IMG/VR virus record: IMGVR_UViG_3300010389_000001
Location: 62,001 to 126,000 of that record
Reading direction: 5' to 3' (one strand)
DNA: 64,000 bases
The notes under the pieces: model-generated
The model's input: the letters and a program-made list of their open reading frames with translations, nothing else
Databases searched by the model: none
Told to the model about the DNA's origin: nothing
Part shown: positions 46,392 to 56,592 of the stretch, in pieces
Numbering within the stretch: position 1 is the stretch's first letter
Layout of the letters: each line of letters opens with the position of its first letter
Made by a program: the position numbers and the translations under genes

Positions 46392-47162
46392 TTGATTACC
46401 AAATTTTCAGTATCTTCTTTGGATACACACAAGAAGTGTCCAAAGAAATACCATTATAGATATATAGAGAAGCCTGATGTAAAAGTTGAGAAGTGGGCTT
46501 TCACAGAGCTTGGCTCTTGCGCTCACAGAATAATCGAACTTTTCCACGAAAGACTTTTGAAGGGCAATGTTGAGCGGGCAGACTTCCCTTTCGTAATGAA
46601 GGAGTGCTTTGTTGCTGGGGTAAAAGAATTCGACCTAAGGCTTCTGCAGCAAGAAACTTGGATGCCATCAGGCGAAATGCCAGGAACGATGGCGTTAAAG
46701 ATTATGATTCAAGATTACCTGGATAACCTAAGGGGTCTTGAGGATCTGCCCAATGTTATAGCAAATGAAATGCCCTACAGCTTTGAGCTGGATGACAAGA
46801 CAGTAGTACGAGGCTACATCGATAGGGTCGATCAAATTTCCGAGGATACATATGCTGTAGTCGACTACAAGACCAGCAAGGATCCCAAGTATCTAAACAA
46901 CTTTCAGCTTCTGGTGTACGCAGAAGCTCTTCGTCGTAAGTTTAAAAATGTCAAAAAGGTATACGGCTCTTATGTTATGCTCAAACACAAGTCTAGCTCA
47001 AAAGATTATGAGTTTAATGTATATGATATGGACAAGTGCAATGAAAAGCTGCATAAGAAAGCGAGCTTAATATACGAAGATAAAACTTGGGTAAAGAAGC
47101 CGTCTATACTTTGCAGATATTGCGATTACAGATCTATATGCCAAGATGCATGGGCGGAGTAG
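46392..47162 (+). CDS. PD-(D/E)XK RecB/Cas4-like exonuclease
   Basis: CPKKY, RGYIDRVD, VDYKTS, QLLVY, CRYCDYRSIC (four Cys). Confidence 0.88.
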   Translation: MITKFSVSSLDTHKKCPKKYHYRYIEKPDVKVEKWAFTELGSCAHRIIELFHERLLKGNVERADFPFVMKECFVAGVKEFDLRLLQQETWMPSGEMPGTMALKIMIQDYLDNLRGLEDLPNVIANEMPYSFELDDKTVVRGYIDRVDQISEDTYAVVDYKTSKDPKYLNNFQLLVYAEALRRKFKNVKKVYGSYVMLKHKSSSKDYEFNVYDMDKCNEKLHKKASLIYEDKTWVKKPSILCRYCDYRSICQDAWAE

Positions 47163-47166
47163 CATC

Positions 47167-47952
47167 ATGAAAAACTATGAAGGATTAGTCAGAATGTATG
47201 ATGAAGAAATCTTCATCAGCAAAATAACAAAAGTTGGCTATGATAAGGTCTTGAAGAGAATTGACCCATTACTATGTGGTTGGGCTTCCAGAGCCTACAT
47301 GCCGGGTTATTCTTTTGAGGATATAAAGCAAGAGGTATCACTGATTGCAATAGAAGGCATAGATGCTTATGACCCAGAAAAGAAGGTTAAATTAAGCTCT
47401 TTTCTGCAAACGCACATAAAGTATAAGGTAATATCTAAAATAAAAAGTCTAAATAAGCTTAGTAGTGATGCATCACTAATAAAGCTGTCCGATGAAGAAA
47501 GGTACTGCTCATGCAAAAATCCTGATTTAGATATTTTTGACAACATATGCAGAGGTTGCGACTCACCACCCAAGCCGGAGTATCGATCAACTAGAAGCGA
47601 GTATTCTTTTTCATCTTTAAATAACGACCTCAAATTAAACAGTGGAGAGCAGGTTTATTACGATAGCTCGGTGTCAAATTCTGATAATTTTTACTTTGAT
47701 GGTATAGATGAGTATGATAAAGCAGATATGGATATAGCACTGGACAGACTTGAAAATTCTTTGGATGAAAAAACGTTTAAGATATTAAAGTTAGTTTGGA
47801 TAGACGGTCACTCAAAGGAGCATGCGGCAACACAGGTAGGGATAACCGGATGGGCTGCAAGCCAAAAACTAAAAAAATTAGAAAAAAATAATGTTATTGC
47901 AGATCTTCTTTCTGACATAAGGCTAAAGAATCTAGATATAAAAGATGAATGA
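47167..47952 (+). CDS. Phage sigma70-family sigma factor
   Basis: Region 2 (FEDIKQE...IDAYDPEKKVKLSSF) and C-terminal region-4 HTH. Confidence 0.75.
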   Translation: MKNYEGLVRMYDEEIFISKITKVGYDKVLKRIDPLLCGWASRAYMPGYSFEDIKQEVSLIAIEGIDAYDPEKKVKLSSFLQTHIKYKVISKIKSLNKLSSDASLIKLSDEERYCSCKNPDLDIFDNICRGCDSPPKPEYRSTRSEYSFSSLNNDLKLNSGEQVYYDSSVSNSDNFYFDGIDEYDKADMDIALDRLENSLDEKTFKILKLVWIDGHSKEHAATQVGITGWAASQKLKKLEKNNVIADLLSDIRLKNLDIKDE

Positions 47953-49246
47953 AGAAATAGCAAAATTCATTAAGAATGAAAAAGAGATAGCTGAGTATAA
48001 GCTATCTCTTTTGCGTGCATCAAAAAGGAGAGGCTATACAAATAGGCTTATCTCAATGGAGGAAGAGTATATAGAGTTTGACTTTGAGTCTATAGGGTTT
48101 GATACGATCGAAGAGGCGAGAGAAGCTCTAATCTTATTTCGTATCGACAGACCGATGTTCAATAATAAATATTCAACAGTAGATGATGGCAAAAGAGCAT
48201 CCGCCTCTCAAGTCGAAAATCTGTTTAAAAGAATATCCTTTTTAAGCAATTCTTATAAGACGCTCATAGAAGACAGGATCTCCTCTGATGAGATCGACTC
48301 CTATGTGGCTGCAATCGTAGGAAAAAGCAGTGGGGCAATATTCGAAAAAGCAAAGGCCAGGATACAGATAATTATTTGCTCGTTATCTAGGCATATATTT
48401 GTTGAGACAAAAAAGCTTCGGGAAAAAATAGGCGACACACTGACAAGGGGGCAGTCCGTAGAGCTAAAGAAGATTGTAGACTCGCTCTATGAAAGTTCAA
48501 TTTATGAAGTTTTTAAATATTATAATGATTCTATAGATCAAACTTATAGTCTTCTAAATTCAAATAAAAATAGCGATTTTATTTTATCTATTTATCCGCT
48601 CACTAATCTGCTCGATAAGTATTCAGAAGATAGCTTCAAGATAGAAAGAATGCTAAACGTGGATAAGAACTTTTTCTCAAAGACGGGTAGGCCTATATCA
48701 AGAAAGTCTACGGAAAGGGGGTGGGGCATAAAGACTCCTCTGAACCGTGTAGGCAATGAAACGACAGAAGTTCTATACCGAACCATTTATTGTAACGACG
48801 ACACTTGCCTGGACAAGATTCTTGAGAGGGGGTTTTACAATGCAAGAATATCCGAAGGAGAATATGTAAAGGCGATATCGACAAAGCCGGTCTGGAACAT
48901 ATTGGCAGATAATCTAGATGATTCTTTGGCTTTAAAAATGTCTGATCTTTTAGGGATTAATCTTGAGTCGATATCCGCATCGAAGCTGTCTGATCCAGAG
49001 AAGATTAAGGCAATAAACTTATCTAATAATGTAATCGATATTGACTCAAGTCGCAGTAAAATACTTATTGCAGCAACAAGATCAGAGGCCTCAAAGCTTA
49101 ATGAGGCCAAAAGTTACATAGAGTTACTAATAAAAGAATTAAAAGAAGAATACGATAATGAATTCTGTGGTGGCAAGAATACTGTTGATAAACAGGGCTT
49201 CAGAAGAGATAAGATAAAAGAGATTATTGGGAGCATAGTGAGATGA
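47945..49246 (+). CDS. Hypothetical protein
   Basis: 433-aa ORF coupled to both neighbours. Confidence 0.65.
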   Translation: MNEEIAKFIKNEKEIAEYKLSLLRASKRRGYTNRLISMEEEYIEFDFESIGFDTIEEAREALILFRIDRPMFNNKYSTVDDGKRASASQVENLFKRISFLSNSYKTLIEDRISSDEIDSYVAAIVGKSSGAIFEKAKARIQIIICSLSRHIFVETKKLREKIGDTLTRGQSVELKKIVDSLYESSIYEVFKYYNDSIDQTYSLLNSNKNSDFILSIYPLTNLLDKYSEDSFKIERMLNVDKNFFSKTGRPISRKSTERGWGIKTPLNRVGNETTEVLYRTIYCNDDTCLDKILERGFYNARISEGEYVKAISTKPVWNILADNLDDSLALKMSDLLGINLESISASKLSDPEKIKAINLSNNVIDIDSSRSKILIAATRSEASKLNEAKSYIELLIKELKEEYDNEFCGGKNTVDKQGFRRDKIKEIIGSIVR

Positions 49247-52200
49247 TAAGCTCAAAGGAAGCGTTAAGCATATTTAAGATTTTTAAGTCACTGAAGTGGC
49301 TTAGAGAGAACTCCTCCAATTACATGGAGGTGATTAATCCGGCCGTAGAGATAGTTAGTATAGCGGGGTTTGACGAAGGAAGCACGTATAGCGAAGACTC
49401 TGAGGGTCTTGAGCCATATGGCGGTAACTTTGGCCCGATGTTCCCAGACGACTTTATTAATTCTTCAGAAGTTATTTTTTTTGACGATAGATCATCTGCG
49501 GAAGACTTTGGGGCTGTTTCAAGCCGATGTAACGAAATCATAGAGAAGCTAAAAGAAGTCGATGATGTAATCAAAAAGATTCGTGACCTTGGATTAGATG
49601 CAGAATTAAATGTAGATGAGATATCGCAAAAGAAAGAAGAATTAGATAAAAACTGCAAGCTCCTGAAGGAAAACCTTGAGGCTCTTGGTGAGGAGGGCAG
49701 GGAAAGATTTTCCATAGTGCTGGAGGATGGCGCAAATGCTGTTATGGATGAGGTTTTTGAGGCTCCGCAATATGCCACTCAGATAATTGCAGAAACATTC
49801 AAGAAGAATAAGCCCGAAGCTCCAGTCGAGCCATCCGAGCCCGCTGAATCCGAAAAGACTCCCGAGGAAGTAGCGGCGGAAACTGAGGCTACGGAGGTTG
49901 CAGAGGGTGAAGAGGGTGCGGCTCCTCCGCAGGAAGATATTGAGGCGGCATATAGCAAAACATTGCTTGAGAGCTATCGCTCCCTGGATACAGAGGAATA
50001 TAAAAGACTATTCTCTCCTAGAAAGAAGGGGCCGCCTACATTTCCAAATCTAGATGGAAGCTCCGTTTCGGACCCTACAACAAGAGATAAATACATGTCT
50101 TTTGTGGCCAAAAAAAACGAGAAAGATTCTGTCTATGAAAAAATCAAAGGCATAGAGGAACGCGGAAAATATTCTGAAGAATACGGCGGAAAAAGCTTTC
50201 TGGAGTTTGATGGGTCCATATTTTACGGCAAGTTTGAAAACATGGAAGATGCCATAGGCATAAATATAATAGAAAGCTCGATTGGCACTGATCCACTAAT
50301 TGAGGTAGATGACGAAAAGGTGGCTGCGACACTAAAGGTCGTAACAGACGAGATGGAGCGAATTATAGAACTTTCAAAAAAGCTTTACCCACTGACAGGC
50401 AAAGTTGCTAGGGAGGTTGCTGAGGACATAAACATTCGCAGAAGAATTTTGATTAACGATATTGAATATCTATTCGCCTCGATAAACCAAAGAGATAAAG
50501 AGGTCGCATCTTACATGGCGGAAATGTATCCTAAATCAGACATTTTGACAAAAGTTTTAATAAAGCATACGTTTATGGATCCAGAAATAGAATCGGGCAG
50601 CCTTTTGCGAGATCCTGAATTAGAGAGGTCATTCATAAAAGCCGTCTTATCTGTGGTTAGGCCAGAACTTGTTAGCAATATCCTGCATAAAAAGAAAGAG
50701 CGAGACTTTCGTGAAAAGTATGGTGTCAGATGGGTCGACGATGGCTTACGGTCCGAATATAATGACGTTGTAGCAAAAAATGCTATCAAAAAAATTAAAT
50801 CTTCCTTTTACGACGAAAGGATAGACTTGGTCACAAAAGACTTATACGATCTTAGCGCGAGCTACCTTGTGGCTGCCACAAGTGATCGTAAGCTCGACAA
50901 GGCTATGGTAAAAAAAGTACTAAAACTCTGCTCTGTCTGTGGCAAAGAAGTATGGTCCGACAATTACCTCAGAAGACGCAATGTTAAGGCGAGCGAAAAA
51001 GCTTCCAATAATCTGCAAGTGGAGCAATATTCGCTTTTTAGAGATATTGGATTCCTCGAAGGAAGATCGCCAATGATAACATTGGAGGAGCTGATTTCTC
51101 ATGGCAGATTTGTTCTATCGAGCGAGGATTCAGAGAGCATAAGGGAAGCTCTAGACTCTATGGGTCTTGGTGCTAGGATATCTGCCGGCAAAACGTGGGA
51201 AGAAATAGAACAAGATTATTATAGCGGCAATTATGCCAAAAATATAGAATCTATAATGCGCAAAAATTACGCCCTCAAAAGTCTTGGAGGCAAAAAACTG
51301 CCGGCGACCTTTAATCTTGCGGTCTCAAGATTTCGGTGCCCATTTGGCTCAGAGAAGGAAGCTGGCGCGACCGAAGCTGGGCAGTCTGCGCAATTTGACA
51401 CAAAGAGTGCTCTAAGAATTATTGAGAGAGCCAACAAATCTTTATATGCCAAGGATAAAGTAAAAGATAAAATTCTTGCAATACAAAATAAAGTTTTGGA
51501 GAGCGGCGCAAGCCATGACGAAGCAGTAAAAGCTGTTTCCAAAGTTATAGATGAGCTTAAATGGCTTGAGGACAAGTCTAAAACGGCAGCCAAGGCAGCG
51601 CTAAAGGGTCAGGTATCTTTTCGGCAGGGTGGCGCTAAAGATGAGTGGAATTGCGGCTTAGGATATAACGATCAAGCCCAAAGGGGCCTTGAGCTATACC
51701 TTGAGGAAGCAGAAGGCACTGGAGCTATAAGCAAAGAGCAAAAGGAAAAAATCATTGCATTATCTAGCGAGCAAAGCTTGGGCGGCTTCAAATTCTCTGC
51801 GAGATCCTTTGTATGCCCAACAGAAATAGACGCCTCAGGAGAGGATGCTCTAGACCTAATTGATAAGCACAAAATGCTTGTAGTTCCGATACGCTCTAAG
51901 GTCGGCCAAACAGAGCACCCGGCAACAGCTGCCGTACTAGGAGGGGGAAAGATACTTAGCTTACGCTGCGGAGCCCCCACTAGCATATCTCAATTTGATA
52001 GAATGAAGTTTTACGAGAACATCAAGGATCTTGTAGATGAGAAAAATCATGATGATTATATGAACTTAGTCAATTCTATGATCGAGCTTGGGGTAGACGT
52101 TACTGATATTCTACCATTTACGATGCTTAAGCATGCTAATAACGAAGATCTTACAGACGTGACTGCTGGATTGCTGCTTTCTGATGGAGGTATATCTGAT

Positions 52201-55200
52201 GCCGCTATTTTCAGAATGAACAAAATCTCTGGTCTGCTAAAGCAGGCTATGGCCACCACGGGTACAGGCGCCCAACGCGGCCAGCTAAATGTTTCCAAAT
52301 ATTTTGATTATATACAGAATATAGAATTAAACTGTATTCACGGGCACAGCTTTTCTCCAGGGCAGTCTGTGGCGTTCACCAAAGAGTTTATAGATATAAA
52401 CTTCGATCTAAAAACCAAGGAGCAGATAGTTAGAAGAAATATATTGGCAATGTCTGGAGAGGAGCAGCTGAAGGGAATTCTGGAGCTTAGCGGTAGCCCC
52501 ATTATCAGGAGGCTAAATATTGGCGAGAAAGCAAGGCCGTATTCTTCATATAAATATGGTGACAGAATAGCTGACATAGGATTTGGCGGACCAGACGCTG
52601 AAGGTAGCGATCTTATATATGCAGATAAAGCCGTAGGGAAAAACATATCGATGTATCCTGGGGCAGATGAAATTTATACAATTCCTAATAAAGCGAGCAT
52701 AATAAGGACAAAGGAAAGTACAGTGACTCTCCGCTCGGAATACGGCAGAGGCAAGTCGTCTTCGACAGTCGGCAAATCTGATGATAAAGGCATTACGGAC
52801 ATCATGAATACCGTCAAAGATCAGGGCCCCTCTCCTGATGCCTTACTAGAATCCTCCGGCGGGCAGGGACTAAGTAAAGCGTCGATAATGGCAGGTATGA
52901 ACAGTGCGAAACTTCAGGAAACTATTATTCTAGCTTTAATTCAGAGCAATATAACCACAATTCAGGAGCTTTTACTTACCGCAACATCCACAAGCAAGGA
53001 GGATGTATCGTTTTTCTCGCCTCGTCTGGCAGGCAAAACAATATCAGAAAAGATCGGCTCAAAAGAGTTTTTGGATGACCTAAGGGGCCTAATTGATTTT
53101 GTATTCAGAGAAAAGCTTTCCGAAGATGCCCTGGTAATGCTGGGTGAAAAGGGTCAGGCCGAGGATGGACTAAAAGAGAGCATCTACAGCAGTGTTAAGG
53201 AAAGAATTATTCGAGACATAGGGTCTCAGGAGGTTGCTTATGCATATGCCTCTAGAAAAGTTCTGCTTAATTATTTTTACGAAGTAATCATAAGTAGTTT
53301 TAAAAATCTCGCAGGAAGCCTGGGTAACGAAGATTTTTCGGTATCCGTCGAAGCTATAGGCTCTCTGACGCCCGAAGAGCTGTCGAATAAACTTCCAAGC
53401 TTTTTCTCACTAAAATCTATCGAGGAGTTCGAGGTTTCAGATTCAGTATCAGATTTTGCAAAAATTCTGACAGACCCCAAGGGAAGTCCCGACCAGATGC
53501 CGAAGCCTATGAAGGCAAAGGTAATGAACATAACAGAGCTATGGTTTGGAAAGCAGCTGGTTATTTCGGCTACTGCCTTTTATATGGCAGAGAGCTTGCT
53601 AAATATATATGATAGATTCTTCAATAAAGAATCTGTAGATTACCTTGGGTATAACCCGCTTAGAAATTTTCAGCCAAAAAGCGTTAACGATATAATCAAG
53701 ATAACTATAAGCGATGCTTTAATGGGAATCTCTGAAGAGCCCAGCAGGCTTTTGGGCATTTATGAGGAGATGATGGAAAAGGTTGCATCTGGGGAAGATA
53801 TGGGCCAGCTGGCAGGGTCAGCAGCCACACTTGTTCGCAAAATGAATGATGCGGCTAATGAGCTTGGAAGGGCTCATCACGGCGCTGAGTACGCCTGTAG
53901 AACGGAGAAGTATCAGGGGCTAGGCCTAGAATACATTAAAGCCGTGTATGCAGAGGCCCTAAGCATCGAAGATTCGAGCGACCCTCATGTTGAAAAAATT
54001 CTAAACAATGTTTTGACAAATACTAGAAATATTAGCGTATCGCTATCCGGTGAAGATGAAAAGTATTCAGGTTATTACGCTAAATTTGAAAATGCGCACA
54101 CACTACTCCCTCCAACTATGCAGAGGGTTCTGGAAGTAGATGAGAAAAAGACTAAGCTGACTAAACCAGTATATGTTATTTACGCCCCTGGCCTAAATGA
54201 TGATGAGCCATACCCCTTTGGAATAAGGCCGTCACTGGTCAAGGGTCGCCACTATGCATTTTTGGTTCACAATGATGACGCACAGTATTTTGATCAAATT
54301 ACTTCACTTGAAAGCAGCAAAAGCTTCGCTGAGGAACATGAGGCATTTTATCAAAATGGATGGAGGCTATATCTTGGCGGTAGAGAAGCCCAGGAAATTT
54401 ATAAAAATAAAGATATATCGACAAAGGGTAAAAGGGTTGAAAGCAGCAGTGTATCACTGATAGATCATCCTGGCACATATGTTGTATATGATGAGTTTGG
54501 AGATAGGTCTGGATATGCAAATGACACTGTAGGCTTAAGAACCGATGTAGGCTTTCATATTGGAACATACGGAGCGTGGACGAAAAAATCATCTTACGGT
54601 TCAGCATCTAAGTTTTACCCTCCCATGCCCAATGCTGACTGCGGAGTTGGCATTCCTATTCCAATAAGTATTCCGGCAGAGCTTGACAATTCCGAAAAAA
54701 AGGTGAGGGGCTCGACTATTAACATATCTATGTGTGATATTCCTGTCGATCTACCTACTGAGAGCGGAGAATTCTTGCGGGCAAATATTTCAGACCTTAT
54801 GATGAGAAGGCCCCCCGAGCTGGCTAGCAAGATGCTTTTCGAAATAGAAAAGGAGCACGCAAATTTCAAGAAGGAATATGGAGCCCTTTTTAGAAGCGGT
54901 GCCGATGAATCTGAGCTTGAAAAGTATAGAACTACCTATATTATGGGCGCCCGGCGCAAGATGGATCGATACAGAAGCCTGCCACTAAATGTGATTATGG
55001 ACTCTAACACAAGAACTCATATGAATGCCAAGGGAGGCTTCTCTCTGGCTCTAGGCGCTTATGCTCCCTTGGTTGACCCAATAACGGCCAATCGCTTCTT
55101 GACTCAAGAGTGCTTTTCTCAAGAATATGCAGGTCATCGCATATTTGGTGACGAAGTTGATCCTGAGTTGGCGAAAAGCTCCATAAGATCCTTCCTTGTT

Positions 55201-56217
55201 TCAGCATTCGGGTATGATAGACTGGCTGACATGATGAATGAGCACGACACTGCCGTTAAAACTGGCCGAAAAGTGGGCAACAAATATTCTATTTCCGGAG
55301 AGCCTATTGATGGCGAAGACCTCCTGTTTCCCGCCCAAATGCTCAATCTTCGCGGAGAAGGAGGCAAGGGGATATCTAAAGACGCGTTATATGGAGCCGG
55401 TGCGACTACTGACTTTGTATTGGATGAGGCAACGGGCAAGGTCATCCAGAAGGTTGTTGGCATCAAGGAGTTTGATAAGCTAAAGAGCATCTTGGGCCCG
55501 AAGCAATTTGCAATGCTCGCTCCATCTATATTCCCCATATTCGAAGACCCTGGAGACTTCTTTGGAGATGATTACGTTAAAAGAAATATGGACAAACTAA
55601 CCGGAGTTACCACTGCAAAGAGAGACATCGAAAAGCTTTTGGAGGCAATAAAAGCATCCTTTAATAAAAAGGGACAGGGAACAAGAATATCTGATAGATA
55701 CATTGAATCCTTCGACAAGACTTTGCCAGGCTGGAGATATCACACTCCGAAATTTAAACATCTTGGCGTAACGGGCTCTGGAGATATTGGGGGCGTAGAT
55801 TTTGAGGAGCCAAAGCTTGTTCTAGAAGGCCCTATATTTGCTCGCAGCAAAGAAGGGCCTCCTGGCAAAGAGAATATTCTGAGCTTTAGAGACTTGCTTC
55901 CGGTAGGAATCCAAAAGAGAATAACTCGTAAGCTGGGGATTTACGATTTTCATCATGCCTTAAACAAGTTCTTCTCCAAAAAATTCGAAGGAATAAAGGA
56001 TTACATCGAAGAATATAAGGAGACCTTAATAACAGCAGAGACATATGGCTTTGATAAAGAGTCCTTATTTGACCCGGCAGCCCTATTTAAGAAGACCTCT
56101 TCTATGATTATTTGCTCTGGCTTCATTAAGAAATCTGAAAAATACAAGACAGATATTTTCCAGGAGATTAGCATAAGGGACGAGGCAATTATCCGCCTCC
56201 TCGACAGGATCAACTAA
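49243..56217 (+). CDS. Giant 2324-aa hypothetical protein
   Basis: Uninterrupted ORF; scattered Cys knuckles; no catalytic motif recognised. Confidence 0.75.
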   Translation: MISSKEALSIFKIFKSLKWLRENSSNYMEVINPAVEIVSIAGFDEGSTYSEDSEGLEPYGGNFGPMFPDDFINSSEVIFFDDRSSAEDFGAVSSRCNEIIEKLKEVDDVIKKIRDLGLDAELNVDEISQKKEELDKNCKLLKENLEALGEEGRERFSIVLEDGANAVMDEVFEAPQYATQIIAETFKKNKPEAPVEPSEPAESEKTPEEVAAETEATEVAEGEEGAAPPQEDIEAAYSKTLLESYRSLDTEEYKRLFSPRKKGPPTFPNLDGSSVSDPTTRDKYMSFVAKKNEKDSVYEKIKGIEERGKYSEEYGGKSFLEFDGSIFYGKFENMEDAIGINIIESSIGTDPLIEVDDEKVAATLKVVTDEMERIIELSKKLYPLTGKVAREVAEDINIRRRILINDIEYLFASINQRDKEVASYMAEMYPKSDILTKVLIKHTFMDPEIESGSLLRDPELERSFIKAVLSVVRPELVSNILHKKKERDFREKYGVRWVDDGLRSEYNDVVAKNAIKKIKSSFYDERIDLVTKDLYDLSASYLVAATSDRKLDKAMVKKVLKLCSVCGKEVWSDNYLRRRNVKASEKASNNLQVEQYSLFRDIGFLEGRSPMITLEELISHGRFVLSSEDSESIREALDSMGLGARISAGKTWEEIEQDYYSGNYAKNIESIMRKNYALKSLGGKKLPATFNLAVSRFRCPFGSEKEAGATEAGQSAQFDTKSALRIIERANKSLYAKDKVKDKILAIQNKVLESGASHDEAVKAVSKVIDELKWLEDKSKTAAKAALKGQVSFRQGGAKDEWNCGLGYNDQAQRGLELYLEEAEGTGAISKEQKEKIIALSSEQSLGGFKFSARSFVCPTEIDASGEDALDLIDKHKMLVVPIRSKVGQTEHPATAAVLGGGKILSLRCGAPTSISQFDRMKFYENIKDLVDEKNHDDYMNLVNSMIELGVDVTDILPFTMLKHANNEDLTDVTAGLLLSDGGISDAAIFRMNKISGLLKQAMATTGTGAQRGQLNVSKYFDYIQNIELNCIHGHSFSPGQSVAFTKEFIDINFDLKTKEQIVRRNILAMSGEEQLKGILELSGSPIIRRLNIGEKARPYSSYKYGDRIADIGFGGPDAEGSDLIYADKAVGKNISMYPGADEIYTIPNKASIIRTKESTVTLRSEYGRGKSSSTVGKSDDKGITDIMNTVKDQGPSPDALLESSGGQGLSKASIMAGMNSAKLQETIILALIQSNITTIQELLLTATSTSKEDVSFFSPRLAGKTISEKIGSKEFLDDLRGLIDFVFREKLSEDALVMLGEKGQAEDGLKESIYSSVKERIIRDIGSQEVAYAYASRKVLLNYFYEVIISSFKNLAGSLGNEDFSVSVEAIGSLTPEELSNKLPSFFSLKSIEEFEVSDSVSDFAKILTDPKGSPDQMPKPMKAKVMNITELWFGKQLVISATAFYMAESLLNIYDRFFNKESVDYLGYNPLRNFQPKSVNDIIKITISDALMGISEEPSRLLGIYEEMMEKVASGEDMGQLAGSAATLVRKMNDAANELGRAHHGAEYACRTEKYQGLGLEYIKAVYAEALSIEDSSDPHVEKILNNVLTNTRNISVSLSGEDEKYSGYYAKFENAHTLLPPTMQRVLEVDEKKTKLTKPVYVIYAPGLNDDEPYPFGIRPSLVKGRHYAFLVHNDDAQYFDQITSLESSKSFAEEHEAFYQNGWRLYLGGREAQEIYKNKDISTKGKRVESSSVSLIDHPGTYVVYDEFGDRSGYANDTVGLRTDVGFHIGTYGAWTKKSSYGSASKFYPPMPNADCGVGIPIPISIPAELDNSEKKVRGSTINISMCDIPVDLPTESGEFLRANISDLMMRRPPELASKMLFEIEKEHANFKKEYGALFRSGADESELEKYRTTYIMGARRKMDRYRSLPLNVIMDSNTRTHMNAKGGFSLALGAYAPLVDPITANRFLTQECFSQEYAGHRIFGDEVDPELAKSSIRSFLVSAFGYDRLADMMNEHDTAVKTGRKVGNKYSISGEPIDGEDLLFPAQMLNLRGEGGKGISKDALYGAGATTDFVLDEATGKVIQKVVGIKEFDKLKSILGPKQFAMLAPSIFPIFEDPGDFFGDDYVKRNMDKLTGVTTAKRDIEKLLEAIKASFNKKGQGTRISDRYIESFDKTLPGWRYHTPKFKHLGVTGSGDIGGVDFEEPKLVLEGPIFARSKEGPPGKENILSFRDLLPVGIQKRITRKLGIYDFHHALNKFFSKKFEGIKDYIEEYKETLITAETYGFDKESLFDPAALFKKTSSMIICSGFIKKSEKYKTDIFQEISIRDEAIIRLLDRIN

Positions 56218-56230
56218 ATAGGAGAAAGTA

Positions 56231-56512
56231 ATGTCAGGAGTTTTGAGAATTTTTAATGAGGATGACGACAACAGCGAGAACACCACCTGGTCAATGGATG
56301 ATGTAAAGGCCTATGTAAAGCAGTACATGGTCTACGAAGTTCAGATTAAAGATCTTCAGACATCTCGAAGAGAGTGGTCGGCAGACTTCATTAAAAGCAA
56401 GAGTCTTCCAAAGAAGGAGCTTTCCCAGGCCCTTCGAGCGGCAAAGCAGGAGCTTGACATGGATGTTGTCAATGAGATCTATGACAACATTCAGACGATG
56501 GTAACTGAATAA
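56231..56512 (+). CDS. Putative dsDNA-binding protein (T4 DsbA/GapR-like)
   Basis: Size and helix pattern (VKAYVKQY..IKDLQ..KKELSQALR); low-confidence family call. Confidence 0.45.
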   Translation: MSGVLRIFNEDDDNSENTTWSMDDVKAYVKQYMVYEVQIKDLQTSRREWSADFIKSKSLPKKELSQALRAAKQELDMDVVNEIYDNIQTMVTE

Positions 56513-56540
56513 GTAGACAAAAAAGTTTTTCTGATTAAGG

Positions 56541-56568
56541 TGGGTGCAAAGCAATTTGCACCCATTTT
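56541..56568 (+). terminator. Hairpin/terminator upstream of dnaE
   Basis: TGGGTGCAAA-GCAA-TTTGCACCCA-TTTT. Confidence 0.7.
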
Positions 56569-56592
56569 CTATTTGGAAAGGAGAATATTTAA

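Noticed and set aside
49243-56217. Virion RNA polymerase or tape-measure protein
   Set aside because: No DxDGD or single-subunit polymerase motifs and no periodic tape-measure repeats seen.
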